DNA of 64,000 bases. It comes from Cyanophora paradoxa CCMP329 (Eukaryota > Plantae > Glaucophyta). A program made the position numbers and the translations under genes. A model generated the notes under the pieces. That model saw only the letters and a program-made list of their open reading frames with translations, searched no databases and had not been told where the DNA came from. Positions 1-10,656 of this stretch are shown one piece after another. Where the stretch lies: positions 25,131-89,130 of the forward strand of contig QPMI01000256.1 of assembly GCA_004431415.1 (NCBI GenBank), written 5' to 3'. Positions within the stretch are counted from its first letter, which is position 1. Each line of letters starts with the position of its first letter.

Positions 1-2260
1 CACGACTACGCCGCCACGCGCGCCGCCCCCTCCCCGCCCCGCCGCCGGCTCCCGCGCGCTGACGGGCGCGCTCCGCGGCGGCAGGTGGAGCACGCCGCCG
101 TGCGCCGCGCCTTCCGGCGGCACTTCGCCGGCCCCGCGGCGGGCGGCCCCGGCCTCCCCGACGGCCCGTCGGAGGGGGAGTGCGAGGTGAGGCGCCGCCT
201 CGGCCGGAGCGAGGGGCCGGCCGACACCGCGCAGGCGGTGCTGGGGCTGGTGGCGCACTACCTGCGCGGCCTCGCCTGCCCGCCGCCCCGCCCGGCGCCC
301 TCGTCGCCCACGCCTCCCACCACGCCCCGGCGCCCTCCTCGTCCGCCCTGGCCCCTCTGCGCTCCTCCCCGGCCCCTCACCGGCACCCGGCGGGGCCCCG
401 CAGGGCGCCGCCCTCAAGGCCGACACGGGGCCAGCTTCCTGGCGCGCACCCCGCCTCGCCCGTCCGCCTCGGGCCTCACGCGGGGCGGCAGGTGTGGGAC
501 CACGCCATCGCGTACCGCGAGGCGCTGCGCCTCCTCAGCCACCAGCGCGCCCTCTCCCCCTGGGTCCCCGCCCCGCGCCCCCGCCCTCCCTCCCGCTCCC
601 CCGCCCCCCTGACCCTCGGAGGCGCCAGGTGCGGGGCGCGCTGGCCGGCTTCGCGCGCTTAGCCGCCCGCGCCGCGTACGCCTGCGCCGACTGCGTCGTC
701 GCCTGTACCCCCGCCTTCAACCCCGCCTGGGAGGCCTACCTCGCCGGTGACGCGGACACGGGCTCCCAGGTGGCCCCTCCACGCGCCGGGCGTTCTTCCC
801 CCCGCCGCCCCGCCCTGCCCCGACGCGGCGGTGCAGAGGACGGCGGATGCGCGGCGGCGGCTGAGCCCGGTCGCGAACGGCGTCGAGGCCTGCCGCCCGC
901 CCCGCCCCGCCCTGCCCGCCAGCCCCGCCGACGCGTGCCTCACTCTTGTCGACCAGTTGTCGCGCTTCAGCGCGGCGCGGGGGGCGGAGGAGGCGCGGCC
1001 GACGGCGATTATGCTCTCCCATCTTAATCCCCTCAAGGCCCGCGCGCTCGCGCCCCGCCGAGAAGCCCCGCGCCTCCTTTCCAGCTCCCCGCGGCGCCGG
1101 AGCCGCATCTGAGGAGGGCGCAGGACGTGCTGACGGCAATCCGCGCCGCCAAGCTCATCGTCGAGGGGTACGGCCTCGCGGACTACCAGGTGCGGGACGC
1201 ACGAAAGAAGCTCGACCGCGCGACCGATGCCTCCGCCTGGCCGCGCAGCTGCTGGTGTACGGGGACCCTAGCAAGGACCCGCCCTATGCCGCCCAGGCGC
1301 CCCGCCCGCCCCGCCCCGCGCCCCCGCGCCGGGCCCTCGGCGGCTGACGGGGCGGGGCGGGGCGGCAGTGCCAGCGGGCGGTGGAGCAGCTCGGCCTCTC
1401 CCGCCACGTTCTCCTCTGCGTCCGCCGGCCCCTCGACCCTTGCTCCCCCGCCTGAGCGAGCGCCGCGCAGGGGCAGGGGCGGGCGAGCGAGGCGCTGCGG
1501 CGGGGCTGGCTCTTCGTGAACAGCAGCCGGAGCGAGGGCCTCCCCCTCGCCCTCGCCGAGGCCGCCCTCGCCGCCCTCCCTGTCGTCTGCACCGACGTCG
1601 GCGGCTCCCCGGCCCTGCTTTCCGCCGCCCCCGCGCCCGGTGCCCCGCTTCTGGGCCGCTGCGTCCCGCCCTGCGACCCCGCCGCCCTCGCCCGCGCCCA
1701 GGCGAGGCCGGCTCCATGTCCCCGCGCGCGGCCTCCTGCGTGCCGGCGTCTGAGGGCGCCCGGCGGCGCAGGTGGAGGTGCTGGCGATGACCGGCGAGCT
1801 GCCGGCACTCGCCGGCTGCCCCGCAGTCCCCGCCTTCGCCCTCCAGGGGCCGCCCCCGCCGCCCTTGCGGCGCGCGTCGCCCAGGCGGGGCCCCTTCGCC
1901 GCGCCCTCGGCCTGCGCCTGCGCGCCGCCGTCGCCGCCTCCTATGGCATTGTGCGCCGCGTGCTGCTCCTTTCGACGCGTGCTGCCCCTAACTCGAGCTC
2001 TGAACGCAGGATCGCTACGTCCGCGAGCACGAGCAGCAGGCGCGCCTGTCCTCGCAGACCCTCTTGCCACGCCCCGGCCTGCCTCTGACCGCATCCTCCG
2101 CAATCCGCAGCTCTGGCTCTTCGCGATGCGGGCGGCGGCTCGGCGCGCAGTGGCCACGACGGGCCCCGCGTTGCACTTCTCATCCGCGGTTGCGGCTTTC
2201 GTGTCGCCTGGAAGAGTCAACGGAGGTTCGGAAACCGTCGACAGCAAGGCGGGCGCTTAA
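1..2260 (+). CDS. GT4 glycosyltransferase, PelF / fungal Gtb3-like (DUF3492 + Glycos_transf_1); 3' portion, multi-intron, 5' end outside the window
   Basis: Spliced exons read ...AIMLSHLNPLK|DVLTAIRAAKLIVEGYGLADYQ|LLVYGDPSKDPPYAAQ|CQRAVEQLGL...GWLFVNSSRSEGLPLALAEAALAALPVVCTDVGG (GT-B E-x7-E motif)...LRAAVAASYGI|DRYVREHEQQ|LWLFAM...; stop TAA at 2258-2260. Confidence 0.8.
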
Positions 2261-4884
2261 TGCGGCCTCAGGCTGCAGCTGGCAATGCACAGTCGAAGTC
2301 TAGAGCCTGCTGGCGAGGCAATGTCAGTCAGTCATTGATTTGCTTGATTGATTTTGGATTTTTAATTTTTGATCGTACATGGATTGTTCATCATTTGCGA
2401 AAGAAGAGACATCAACTTTTGTGTAGATCCAATGAGTACTAGTGCCCCGGCGCGGGCTCTCTGTCGTAGTACGCATTATCCGCCGCAATACTCATAATTT
2501 TATATCCAGCTCCTGAGCCTCGGAGCAGCAGATTTAGCCCCTTAAGACCGCGACGATTCTGCCTGGGCGGACGCCTAATAATCATCGCCGTCCAGGAAGC
2601 AACAGCAACCGAATTGATTCGTATTTTCGAACGAAACCTTTCGTATTTGTGAACGAAACGCCACTTGGGCTGCCAGGCTGCCCGACTGACTTGTAACCGG
2701 CTGGGCTGCCAACGGGCTCAGCTTGTTTCCGACCGGTCAAAGCGGCAACGGATGAGGTCGTGCGCAGCGCGCGCGTAGGGGCCCTCTGCCTCCCCACCTT
2801 ATTCCTAGGAAGCAACAGCTTAGCAATTTGAACACGTGCATTTTTCGCGAGTTCATACACCTCGATCCAGCATATAGAGAGGTTGTCGCCGAAGTGCAGA
2901 AAAAGGCCGATTATATTTAAGTCGTCAGCTTTATCAGCCTTATATATTTGTCACGTTCAATATGTAGTAACAAGAAGAGATTTCATTATAGAAATTGAAT
3001 AGACATCAGCATTGACATCAGCATGGGAACTCTTCTCACGCCTTGGATGACACCTGCGAAAGTCATCTGAGTTTTTGATGAAGTTCCAGGCGACTTCATC
3101 TGGCGAGTCACTGGGAGGCCCCGTACAAAAGACTTCACACGAAGTAGCCTCAGCCTGGGCTCTGGCAGCGATCCACTTGCGCTTCACGTACGACCTGGCC
3201 GAAGCATAAGTGAAGCCCGAAGCCTGGCCCATGGCCAGCGCCACCCGGCATCCAGAGCACGACCCTTCGATAAGGCCATGACCATCATGGCATGATCGTG
3301 ATAATGGGGAGAGGGGGCAGCGACGTAAACTTTGAAAACTTTGAATAATTGAGTGACTGTCACAGTGTAGGAAGGGACGATGTTCCGCGTTGTGCACTTA
3401 GCCCCCTCTCTTATTCATCACCGCCCATCCTCGTCATGATTGCGGCCCCCTTTTCTCATTATCATGATCGTGATCTCGGCTCCGGACGTCATGTTCCTCC
3501 TCAAGATCGCGGCCCCCTTTTCTCTATGGCCTTCTCTATGTATCATCGCATTATGTATTACGGGTTATGATCATGCACGGTGGCCAGGCAATTTCTACAT
3601 AAAGCAAATCTGCACTAACTAATCCGCGCATTCCGGTTGGCCGTGCTTGCTTCAGGGCGACTGCGCGTGCGGCTTTCCTGCTGCTTGGTTATGCACATGC
3701 CCATTCAGTTGATGCGTGTTGCGCAGGTCTAGACAAGGTCAAGGCCAGCCCCCACACCGAAACCCCTCCTAGCTTTAACCGCAGTACGCTACTGGCCGTA
3801 CGAAGTCCAGAGCTCACAGAGCCGCCCTCCTGCAAGACGGACTGGCCAAGCGAATCACATCGCAAAACACTAGGTTCCTCCATGGCCATCCCCCCAAGAG
3901 CAGCAGCAGCCTCTGTCCTTGAAGAGCTCCAGTAGTCTCCGTTCCAGATCATGATCAGCTGCAGTAGTCTCCGTTCCATTCTCATCTTCGTACACATGCC
4001 AAGTTTTTCGCAGCCGAAGCGAGAGGGGAGGCGGAAAAAAGGATCGCTCGCGGTTTCGACAAATGTTTGTCGCGCTGCTGGCACACCTGGGAAAACTTGC
4101 ACACCTGACATTCGCGAACATTGGCAAGTGTGGCAAACAAACAAGTGGTAAACCGTGGCCTGCCTGGTAACTGCCTGTGGGTAAACAGTGCGCCACACAC
4201 AACTGATTACAATTGGTTACAAATAGTACCTCCGCAAAGTACATAAACGATGTGGTTCTTAAAGTACAAGTACAACTTGCGCTTACGTAGCAGAAGCTGC
4301 TGTTTTACGAAGCTGCTGCTCTGTGAAAATTTGAGAGCATTAGCGACTTTGCTCAGAAATTTCAAGCAAGCTCACGAGATTATCTTTCAAAAATATGAAG
4401 TTATCAGTGAATGGTTAGCTGCAGGAGTGGTTCCAGGGCTGTATGGTATGAAAGGTTCCAAGGCATTGGCGGCGGTTAGAATTTAATCTGCAGGTGGAAT
4501 AGCGCCTGTAGAATCCTTTTGCATGCGCACTCGGCGAGTTCGTGCGCAAGAGCCGACTGTGGAACCCCAGACCTAGAGATATAGCTAGAGTTGCGCTCGG
4601 GCTGAACAAGAGAGTTGTGGTTGAAGCCGCAACTGGTTTTACTGCCGAAGCTTACCTTTGGCGAGTTGCAGTAACCCGGGGGGTGCATATGCGCGATGAC
4701 GCGGGAAGACCCGCCAAGCCGTCTGCCACTTCGTCTTCCCCGGGCCCGACCAAGCGTCTCGGCCTGCCGCTTCGTCTGCAAATACAGACATAGCACAGGT
4801 TTCGAACTTGACCGCTCGTGCGAGGCGGCGGATGCGCAACACGGCCGCGGGGACCAAATTTCTAGGGGACCAACTTTCTGAGAA

Positions 4885-5615
4885 GGGGCGGAGAAGGGGG
4901 AGGGGGAAGCGGGGGGGCGGACCCGTCGGCGTGGCACTTCTCAAAGACGACGTCCTCGAGGAGGAGGCCGGCCGACGTGTTCTGCAGCATGTCCACCAGC
5001 ACGCACCCGCCCTGCCGCGGCTCGCCGGGGGGCGCGGAGGGCGGCGGGGCGGGGCCGGGGGCGCACGACCCAGCTCCTGCCGCCGCGGAAGGTGAGGCCC
5101 CGGATGCGCATGTTCGCCGCCGCGTCGTAGAGGGCCATCACCTGCGCCCCCGCCCCTCGCTCCCTTCCGCGCAGGCGCCCGCCCGCGGGAGCCCGCACCC
5201 GCCCTCCGCCCCCCGCGTCCAGCACCACGTCTGCGGGGCCGGCGCCGGCCCCCACCACGGCCAGGTTCGCCTTCTCCGGCTGCGCGCGCCGTCGGCCAGC
5301 GGCCGGCGGCGGGGCGGGCGGGGACGGCGGGCCTTCAGGTCCGTCTCCGCGTACACGCCCGGCGCCAGGCGGATCTCGTCCCCTGCCGAGGCTTCCGCGA
5401 ACGCTGCCGGGGCGCTCGGGCGCTGGCGACAACAGGCCGCGCAGCGAGGGTGCACCGCGAGCGAGTGTCTTGCAGGGCGCGGAGCGGCCGCAGCCGGCAG
5501 CGTCCGAGCCGGCCTTGGCGTCCACCTGTAGCGTCGCGCCCGCCGCCGATCCCAGCACGCAGGCGAGCAGCAGGACGCCGGCCATCCTCAAAGAGGTCCG
5601 CCCCGCTGCCGCCAT
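4885..5615 (-). pseudogene. Truncated 5' fragment (signal peptide and first exons) of the beta-helix gene at 13956-22411
   Basis: Near-identical to 21717-22440. Encodes MAAAGRTSLRMAGVLLLACVLG...SAPCKTLAR, and the homology stops abruptly at 4885. Confidence 0.85.
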
Positions 5616-5894
5616 CTTGAGCGTTGCGCCGCTCCCTCTCCTGAGAGCGTGATACAGATATAGCACAGGAGTCGAAGATGACCGCTAGTGCGAGGCGGCG
5701 ATGCCGGCTGCTGGCCAGCAGCGGGTGCGCAACACGGGGGACCAAGTTCTTAGGTGGTCGGTATTGCTGATGCGTGGATAGGCCCTTTAAGGTTCGATCT
5801 CCGACGCTCCGGGAGGCGTGTGCAAGTGAGCTCGAGCCGCCGGCTGGAATGGACGTACTCCGCCGAGTCCGGTCTGATCTCCGACTCGTCCAGC
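4885..5894. repeat. ~1.0 kb direct duplication, paralog of 21717-22719
   Basis: Directly alignable; the differences seen are mostly single-base changes in homopolymer runs. Confidence 0.95.
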
Positions 5895-7929
5895 GCGAGG
5901 TCTCACCTATAGCTAGCGCGCCCCCAGCAAAGGCTGCAAGGCCGAATCGGGTATGCACGTGCGGACAACAACAAACACTAGGTTTTTTCACATTGCCCAA
6001 TATAAACCTCTCCAACTCCTCGAGGACCTGCGCGATGAGTAGGATTGAGGCTAGGCGAGAGGGAGAGACGAAGGAGGCAGAAGAAAGAAAAGAAGCTTGG
6101 TGCCTTATTCACTAGGAAGCAAGGTATTCCTGCTTCACTTGTCCTCTTCTGCTGGGCGGCCAGCGATGCGCCCTAAGAACATTGCCATAATTATAGAACT
6201 GCAACCGCTGCGCAAGCTGCAAGCCGAGCTCCTGCGCCGTCTGCTGGCGCTGATCGTTGTCCGAGCCGCCACCACGTCCTCGGCCGCGGCCATGTGCCCC
6301 TGCTGCTTTTGGCCTGCTGAGCGCCGGTGGCTGGGGCCGCGGCGGCTCCGGGGGCCGCGGGGCCTGCTGATGACAGGGGCGGCTTGGCCTGCAGGCCCCG
6401 GGACCCCGGCGATCACCGAGGCCAGCTCCTTTGCCGCCGATGCCCGGCCCAGGTTGACTTCTGCGAGGTCCGGGGGGGTCGCCAGTGCCGAGGTCCTTGG
6501 CGGCGAGAGCTGCAAACGAGGCTAAGGTCTACCACAAGACTGACCGCTGGGCGTCTCCGTTGCGAGGAAAATGAAACGAAGAGAAGCGGCATCCAATGAA
6601 TGATACGAATTGGTGTGATCATGGTGTGATCATAAGGAAGTAAGAGATGATATCGAGGGGCTGCAGCTGCGGAGCCGGAAGCTGGCCAGATAGAAGAACG
6701 GGGCGGAGGATGGATTCTGGGGGAATGTGCGAATATAGACCAGGAAGGCGTCGCTCTTCCAGGCTGGCATGCAAGCCTCTGCGGCCGCCGTCGCCACGCC
6801 GATATGGAAGGAGTGGGGCTAGAGGCGCTGGGCTGCGGGGATTTTTTCGGAGACGAAAAGGCAGAGCGACGGAGGGGGCAATGGGCACACACGGCTTCAT
6901 CGACGTGAGGCAGGTCGACGCCCTTCGCCACTCCGAACCTGGTCGGTTTTCGAGGCCTATACGAAAATTTGGTACTGCGCTATAGCCGCGATAGCGTTCG
7001 TGAGATGTGTACCCCCCTCTCGGGCCCGGGGAGGACATAATCTAAACTCACAGGTATCCGTGGTATCCGTTGAGGGGCCGGGGAAGGCGGTTGGCGGGCG
7101 CCGGCGGCTGGAAGCCTGCAGCTGGCGGAACTTCGGAACGCGCCACTGGAGCCTCGAGATCCCTCCTCTCGACCGTGGCTGCCCGACCTTGTCCTCTCCC
7201 GTCCCTCCCCATCGCCCATCGCCCTCACATACCGCACCCCCCGTCCCCCCCCTCCCCGACGTTCTGAGCCCGGCGGCTCCACCAGGCCCGCTCTCGGACA
7301 AGCTTAAGCTTAAGGGAGCCCCCGGAACTGAACCCGCCGCGCTGGCGACACGTGCACGGCAGGCCGTACGCTAGCTTAGACAGGCCATAGCGTGTGCAGA
7401 GTGGTTTATTTTAGATTCTAGAGCGCCTTCCAGAAGGCCCTAGCTATTAGCTAACTAGGCAAAGCTACAACTGCAGCTCAGGATCACTCCGGATCCGCCC
7501 TCTTGACCTCTGCTCCCTCTCTTCGCCCTTCTCCCTCTCCCCGCGTTGCACTTGCACTTGTACTGCATGCGCAGCTCTAGATCTAGCACTTGCAGAAAAA
7601 AATAAATACGGGTTGGTTGAATACGTATGTAAATAATAATCCATGGTATGGTTGGTTGAATACGTATACGCTGGTTACCATGGGGCCATATCTAGGAGCG
7701 CAAAGCACTGATCGATATCGTGATAATCTCCAGCTGCAGCAGCATGCGCAGAAATGTACATATACGCTTGTGCATGAAACGTCCACGTCATCATAAACGC
7801 TACAGCTAGCGCTAACGTGCTTGTTTTTTCGCTGGTCAGAACCCGCGGTCCGCGAGCCGTGGGGCTTTATAATTACTGCCCGCCGTGCCTCCGCCCCGCT
7901 CGGCGAGTTGCAATTGCGCCACAGCCCGC

Positions 7930-8180
7930 CGCGCCTCCACCCCGCCCGTCGAGCTGCGCCGCCGCCCGCCCCTCCTCCGCCTCGCCCTTCGAGCTGCGCC
8001 GCCGCCCACCGCTCCTCCGCCCCGCCTGTCGAGCCACGCCGCCGCGGCCGTCCCCCTCTCCTCTGCCCCGCCCATCGAGCCGCGCCGCCGCCCGTCACTC
8101 CTCCACCTGCCCGTCGAGCCGCGCCACCACCAGACGCGCCTCCGCCTGCGCATGCCGAGCCGCGCCGCCGCCCGCCCCTC
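7930..8180. repeat. GC-rich minisatellite, ~40 bp unit, ~6 degenerate copies
   Basis: Core (T/C)CGAGC(T/C)(G/A)CGCC(G/A)CC recurs near 7949, 7989, 8029, 8075, 8114 and 8156. Confidence 0.7.
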
Positions 8181-8639
8181 GTCCAATTTGCCCGGCGAGC
8201 CTGGCAGCCGCCCGCCGCGCCTCCGCTTGGCCCGGCCGCGGGGAGCCGAGCAGCTGCCTGCCTCGAACTCTCGTCCGCTTTGCCTGCTGGCCCTGGCGAG
8301 CCGCCTGTGGCCCACCGCGCTCTGCCCCGCCTGGCGAGCCGCGCAGCTGCCCGGCCCGCTGCGCGCCCCCGCCCACCATAAAAGTGGCACGCCATATATA
8401 TACACACGCACTGTTTGCGGTTGTTGTCGACTGCACTCCCAGGCTGTGGCAGGCCTAGGCTAGCGCTGGCTCGTGGTCATAAGCCGCGGGGCGGACTTGA
8501 GGCCTTGGCCATGGCCATGGCTTGTATACAATGATAATTAAGGGGTTGCAATTAATATTGATCATGACCGCAAGCCACCCCTATAAGCGCTAGCCTACGC
8601 TTCTGATATCGATCGCCGCGAGTCGAACACGCGTACGGG

Positions 8640-9560
8640 AACTTCCGAAGTTCGGAATGGACCGTCGGACGTACTCTGCCGACTCGAATAGTTCGGTCTG
8701 CAGCTGATCTCCGACTCGTCCAGCGCGAGGTCTCACGTGCACGTGCACCTAGCTATAGCGCGCCCCCTGGAAGGCTGCAACTGGCGCCGGCCCACCGCCG
8801 GGGTCTCTTATAAGCTTGCGCACACACGCGCAGCACTCTATATAGCTAGATCTGGCTGCACGTGCACCGCGCCCTCGGCCATCCCGGCCTCAGCTGCAGA
8901 GATCTAGATCGATATCTAGAGGCCCGCCCCACTGCCGCCATATATATGCATGTTGCAATTGAGCGCTACGCCGCTCCCTCTCCTGAGAGCCCGGCCGCTG
9001 AGCGTGATACAGATATATATATATATATAGCACAGGAGTTGAAGCTGACCGCTAGTGCGGGGCGGCGATGCCGGCTGCTCGGCAGCAGCGGATGCGCAAC
9101 ACGGCCGCGGGGACCAAATTTCTAGGCGGTCGGTATTGCTGATGCGTGGATACACTGGATAGCCTAGTAAGTCCTTTTAGGTTCGATCTCCGAGGCTCCG
9201 GGTGGCGTGCGCGCGCAAGTGAGCTCGAGCCGCCGGCTGGAATGGACGTACTCCGCCGAGTTCGGTCTGATCTCCGACTCGTCCAGCGCGAGCTCGAGGT
9301 CTCACCTAGGCCTAGCTATAGCGCGCCCCCTGCAACTTAGGCTGCAAGGCTGCAACAAAACTGGCGCCGGGTCTCACACACGTGCACGCACATGCGCAGC
9401 ACTCTGGCTGCACCGCGCCCGCCGGGCCGGTCGACGTCGACGTCCGCGCGGCTAGCTCCGATCTTGGCGACGTTCCTGCTTGTACCCCGCACGATTAAAA
9501 AACCTCAAAGCCGATTGAAATTGCCATGAGCGAAGAATCATTGACGAAGAACTGGCAGAG
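8640..9560. repeat. Older, degenerate tandem copies of the beta-helix upstream region (paralogs of 5580-5935 and 22400-22950)
   Basis: Shared anchors GGAATGGACGTACTC, GATCTCCGACTCGTCCAGC, CTCCCTCTCCTGAGAG and CTCAAAGCCGATTGAAATTGCC, interrupted by palindromic insertions. Confidence 0.9.
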
Positions 9561-9611
9561 TTCGATGAGAGGGGCTGCGGACTCAGTGCAGACTCACTGC
9601 AGAGGCAAGGC

Positions 9612-9981
9612 TAGGGCACTGGCCGGCGGCCAAGCCGGCTAGCTAGCCGGCCAATTTGGGCAAGGGGCGCCTGGGCTAGGCAGCCGAAACCCCGGCTTGC
9701 CAGCCCAGGGGTTTTGCCGGTTTTCCCCGGCTTGTCAGGCCAAGTCAGCAAGCCCGGGGCTCGCAATCGAGCCGGCGAACGAAGCATAGGTGAAGTTAGC
9801 GCGAGCTGCACCAAGCCAGACCAAGCCGCGCTGGCCACCGGTACCATAGTAACTGGCAAGCCGCTGGCAAGCCAGCCGAAATTTTGGAGCCGCCAAGCCG
9901 CTAGGGCCAGCCCCGGTGCAAGCTTTCGGAATTTTGGGCCAGCCCCGGTGCAAGCTTCTAGACCCGCCGGCCAGTGCCCTA
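9612..9981. mobile_element. Non-autonomous hAT-type MITE, 370 bp
   Basis: Perfect 18-bp TIRs: TAGGGCACTGGCCGGCGG (9612-9629) and CCGCCGGCCAGTGCCCTA (9964-9981). 8-bp TSD GGCAAGGC at 9604-9611 and 9982-9989. Single-copy empty site at 23059-23066. Many internal CAAGCC/CCAGCC motifs. Confidence 0.92.
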
Positions 9982-10452
9982 GGCAAGGCTTTCCGCACAA
10001 ATGTTGAAAGAAAGCGTCTCTCAGAACTCGGTTTCATTTTCTTATTTGTGCATTGGAAAAAGACGAAGGCGGCGCGTACGCCAACCCTCTCTAACATAAA
10101 TTGTGGTGTTGAGACACCCGATTGGATGCTCAAGTGGCTTCCACCCGTGGAGTGCAGCGGGCTTCCACCACCGGCTCGCGTCTTCGTGATCACGCGACGA
10201 CCCCACCCAGGTAAGTATGATTTGCTCCACCGTCCCAACCGGGTCTATCGAACGCGGGGGCGCGATCGCGAGCCCCGAGGTGGGACCCCGCCCCGCCGGC
10301 CGGCCGCCGCGCACCGGCCCCGGCCGCGGGGCGCGGGCGGCGATCGCACGCCCGCCGCCTCACATCGAGTGCCCGCGCGCCGCGCGCCGCGCCGGCGCCC
10401 GCCGCAGCCGGCCTGGCAAGTCATGCGGCCGCCCGCCCCCTTGACGTCCTAC
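9982..10452. repeat. ~470 bp duplication of the desaturase upstream/5'UTR region, paralog of 23059-23529
   Basis: Near-identical sequence in both copies, ending at TTGACGTCCTAC. Confidence 0.95.
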
Positions 10453-10656
10453 CCCCAGTTCGTCAAGTCGATACAAGCTTCTGAAGTTGGGTCGCGCCGT
10501 GCAAGCCGCTGAGCCCCCGACGACCCTGTTCGCCGCTAGATCGACGATCCAGCGGATCCTTCCCCGTCCCCGTACGGCGAGATCTTTAAATTTCAGCCGC
10601 AGTTCCCCTGCGCGCACCGCGTAAGTGAGGCCCAGTCGTACAAGGTTTTTAGCAGC

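Noticed and set aside
2582-4486. Lower-GC stretch with several short ORFs (2582-2860, 2957-3397, 3870-4244) as a possible foreign or TE gene
   Set aside because: No recognisable domain, terminal repeats or consistent frame. It may be a decayed element but cannot be supported without a database search.
5935-7400. Insertion relative to the 22-kb paralog as a possible transposon
   Set aside because: I could not find TIRs, LTRs, a TSD, or transposase/RT motifs by eye.
7930-8180. Regularly spaced ~40-bp repeats as a possible CRISPR array
   Set aside because: The units are degenerate along their whole length with no unique spacers. There are no cas genes and the context is eukaryotic, so it is a minisatellite.
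8440-8960. Dense restriction-site-like hexamers (XbaI, BglII, PstI, NcoI, ClaI, EcoRV) resembling a vector polylinker
   Set aside because: The sites are embedded in, and derivable from, homologous genomic copies elsewhere in the window. No vector backbone is present.
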